Assembly (NCBI RefSeq): GCF_006345805.1
Contig: NC_043015.1
Location: 43,958,001-44,022,000, forward strand
From: Octopus sinensis
Lineage: Eukaryota
Direction: 5' to 3'
Length of the DNA: 64,000 nt
The notes beneath the pieces are model-generated. The model had not been told where the DNA came from, ran no database searches, and worked only from the letters and a program-made list of their open reading frames with translations. The position numbers were made by a program, and so were the translations under genes. Each line of letters begins with the position of its first letter. Within the stretch, counting starts at the first letter, position 1. Below are positions 62,486 to 64,000 of this stretch, piece after piece.

Positions 62486-62588
62486 GACTCACAAGGCTCA
62501 ACCCTAGGCTATAGCAGATGACACGTGCCGGAGGCGCCACGCAGTGGGACTGAATCTAGAGCAAGCTACTTACCACGCAGCCAGTCCT
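62486..62588 (-). mobile_element. SINE-B 5' fragment with internal deletions
   Basis: gactcacaaggc...ccacgcagtgggactgaa...gctacttaccacgcagcc. Confidence 0.75.
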
Positions 62589-62613
62589 TACATGCATAAA
62601 ATGTAATCCATAC

Positions 62614-62909
62614 TTGACAGAGTTTCTTCTTTGATTATTACATAATTATTATTCATTGTGAATAACTGGCAGCCAGATACTTCAATTGTGAACATGCTAG
62701 AAAATCTGTTCTTGGAATTGCCAATTTCATTTCCGTAAATGTGAAGACGTGCCAATATTTCTGATGCCAACACATGGATGTTTTTTGCCACTGTATTGCA
62801 TGTAATATTAGCTGTCAAACAGCCATGTCTTCAGAGTGGTTGTGGGTATATTGAAGCCTAGTTAGTGTTTCGCTTTTTCTTGAAACAAAACAATGATTTT
62901 TATCCTCTG
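62614..62909 (-). other. Possible host exon or pseudo-exon (phase 1-1, needs one restored base)
   Basis: Acceptor ttttccAG at 62910, donor GTATGG at 62613; two abutting open frames joined at a TTT run (62817-62819); partial paralog at 61114-61600. Confidence 0.25.
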
Positions 62910-63002
62910 CTGGAAAACGTTGAATAAAATGCAGGATCTGATGTCTCTTAACAATATAATGGATTCGACTGTGAATTCTAAAATCTCTTGATTCGCTTAC
63001 GC

Positions 63003-63334
63003 CATAGGTTCTCAAAGTGGGTGCTACCCCCCCCCCCCCGGTGGGCGTTGAGACGGTCCAGGTGGGCACTAATGCCTAAGGTGACGGGGAGCGGTAGAGA
63101 AAAAGGAGGCGTTGGGAGAAAGGCAGTGGATTGGGGAAGCTATGAATTCATTACAATATTGTTATAGTATTGTATACAAATTATATAATATTATATTAAA
63201 TATCAAATGATTCATAGTATATATAAATTAGTAAAGTGCAAAATATCTATAGATAAAAATAGGGGTGAGGCGCTGAGGGTATTATGTGGCCATCGGGTGG
63301 GGGCAGAGGTCCAAAAAGTTTCAGAACACCTCTG
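63003..63334. mobile_element. hAT-like MITE with 8-bp TSD
   Basis: TIRs cataggttctcaaa / tttcagaacacctctg; gcttacgc (62995-63002) and gcttatgc (63335-63342). Confidence 0.85.
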
Positions 63335-63457
63335 GCTTATGCTATATATCTGGCAAATAAACCATGTTTCTTACGGTCAATGGTCGCATGATTAAGGCAG
63401 GATATAAAGACAACGAAAGCAATATATATATATATTATATATATATATATATATATA

Positions 63458-64000
63458 CTAAACAAATTGAAGGCATGGCTGCTCTCGACTATTGGGATCG
63501 CCTTAAAGCCTTGAAACTTTACTCCCTCCAGCGTCGCCGTGAGCGGTACATCATTTGTACGATGTGGAAAATATACCGCCAACTTTGCCCAAACGACCTA
63601 AACATTAGCTTCAAGGTTCATCCGAGACTTGGACCACGGGCTATACGTCCCCTGCCAAATCCAAATTCAAGATCACAACATACATGTACACTGCAACATA
63701 ATTTCTTTTCCTCAACAGGCCCTGCCCTATTTAACATTGTCCCGAGGGAGATCAAAGAGGAAAAGGATCCCATCAACTTCAAACAGAGTCTGGATAGATT
63801 CCTTCAAAGAATACCAGACAAGCCACCCATAATTGGATACAACTCACCCAACAAGAACTCACTACTTGAACAAAACTGGATACAACTCACCCCACAAGAA
63901 CTCACTACTTGAACAAAACTTGACTTAAACAGGATTCGAATAATCCTATCAGGTGGTGCTATTAAGTTAGACATGGCCTGGACCAATCTCTGGTCGAAAC
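63458..64000 (+). mobile_element. CR1-group (CR1/L2/Crack/Daphne-type) LINE 3' end, 5'-truncated
   Basis: LDYWDRLKALKLYSLQRRRERY and FKQSLDRFLQRIPDKP..GY...NSL are typical CR1-group ORF2 C-terminal motifs; 3' UTR is homologous to 1985-2250. Confidence 0.88.

Overview
AT-rich, extremely microsatellite-rich eukaryotic DNA, probably a long intron or intergenic region. The SINE content and repeat style suggest an octopus/coleoid cephalopod (inference). I found no convincing intact host protein-coding gene; nearly all long ORFs in the track are translations of simple repeats. The real coding-derived sequence is transposon-derived: a ~5.1 kb 5'-truncated Tx1/L1-clade LINE (49878-54964, minus) with APE, RT and zinc-finger domains, plus fossils of CRE-clade, RTE-clade and CR1-group LINEs and a hAT transposase. 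Non-coding elements include four tRNA-headed SINE families (~35 copies or fragments), three non-autonomous Helitrons and several MITEs (hAT-like, Tigger-like, and a Merlin-like one carrying TTAGGG repeats). Best observations: (1) the Tx1 element and a second 3'-UTR-only copy both sit inside (GATA)n arrays in the same orientation, implying (GATA)n target specificity; (2) SINE family A forms head+(body)n multimers, prefers G-R-T-A insertion sites and is seen inserted into that same site of an older copy of itself; (3) a fold-back family has a fixed outer boundary but copy-specific turn-around points, as expected for Penelope-like inversions; (4) two minimal type-I hammerhead ribozyme motifs are present. 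All calls are by eye from the sequence; no database searches were run.
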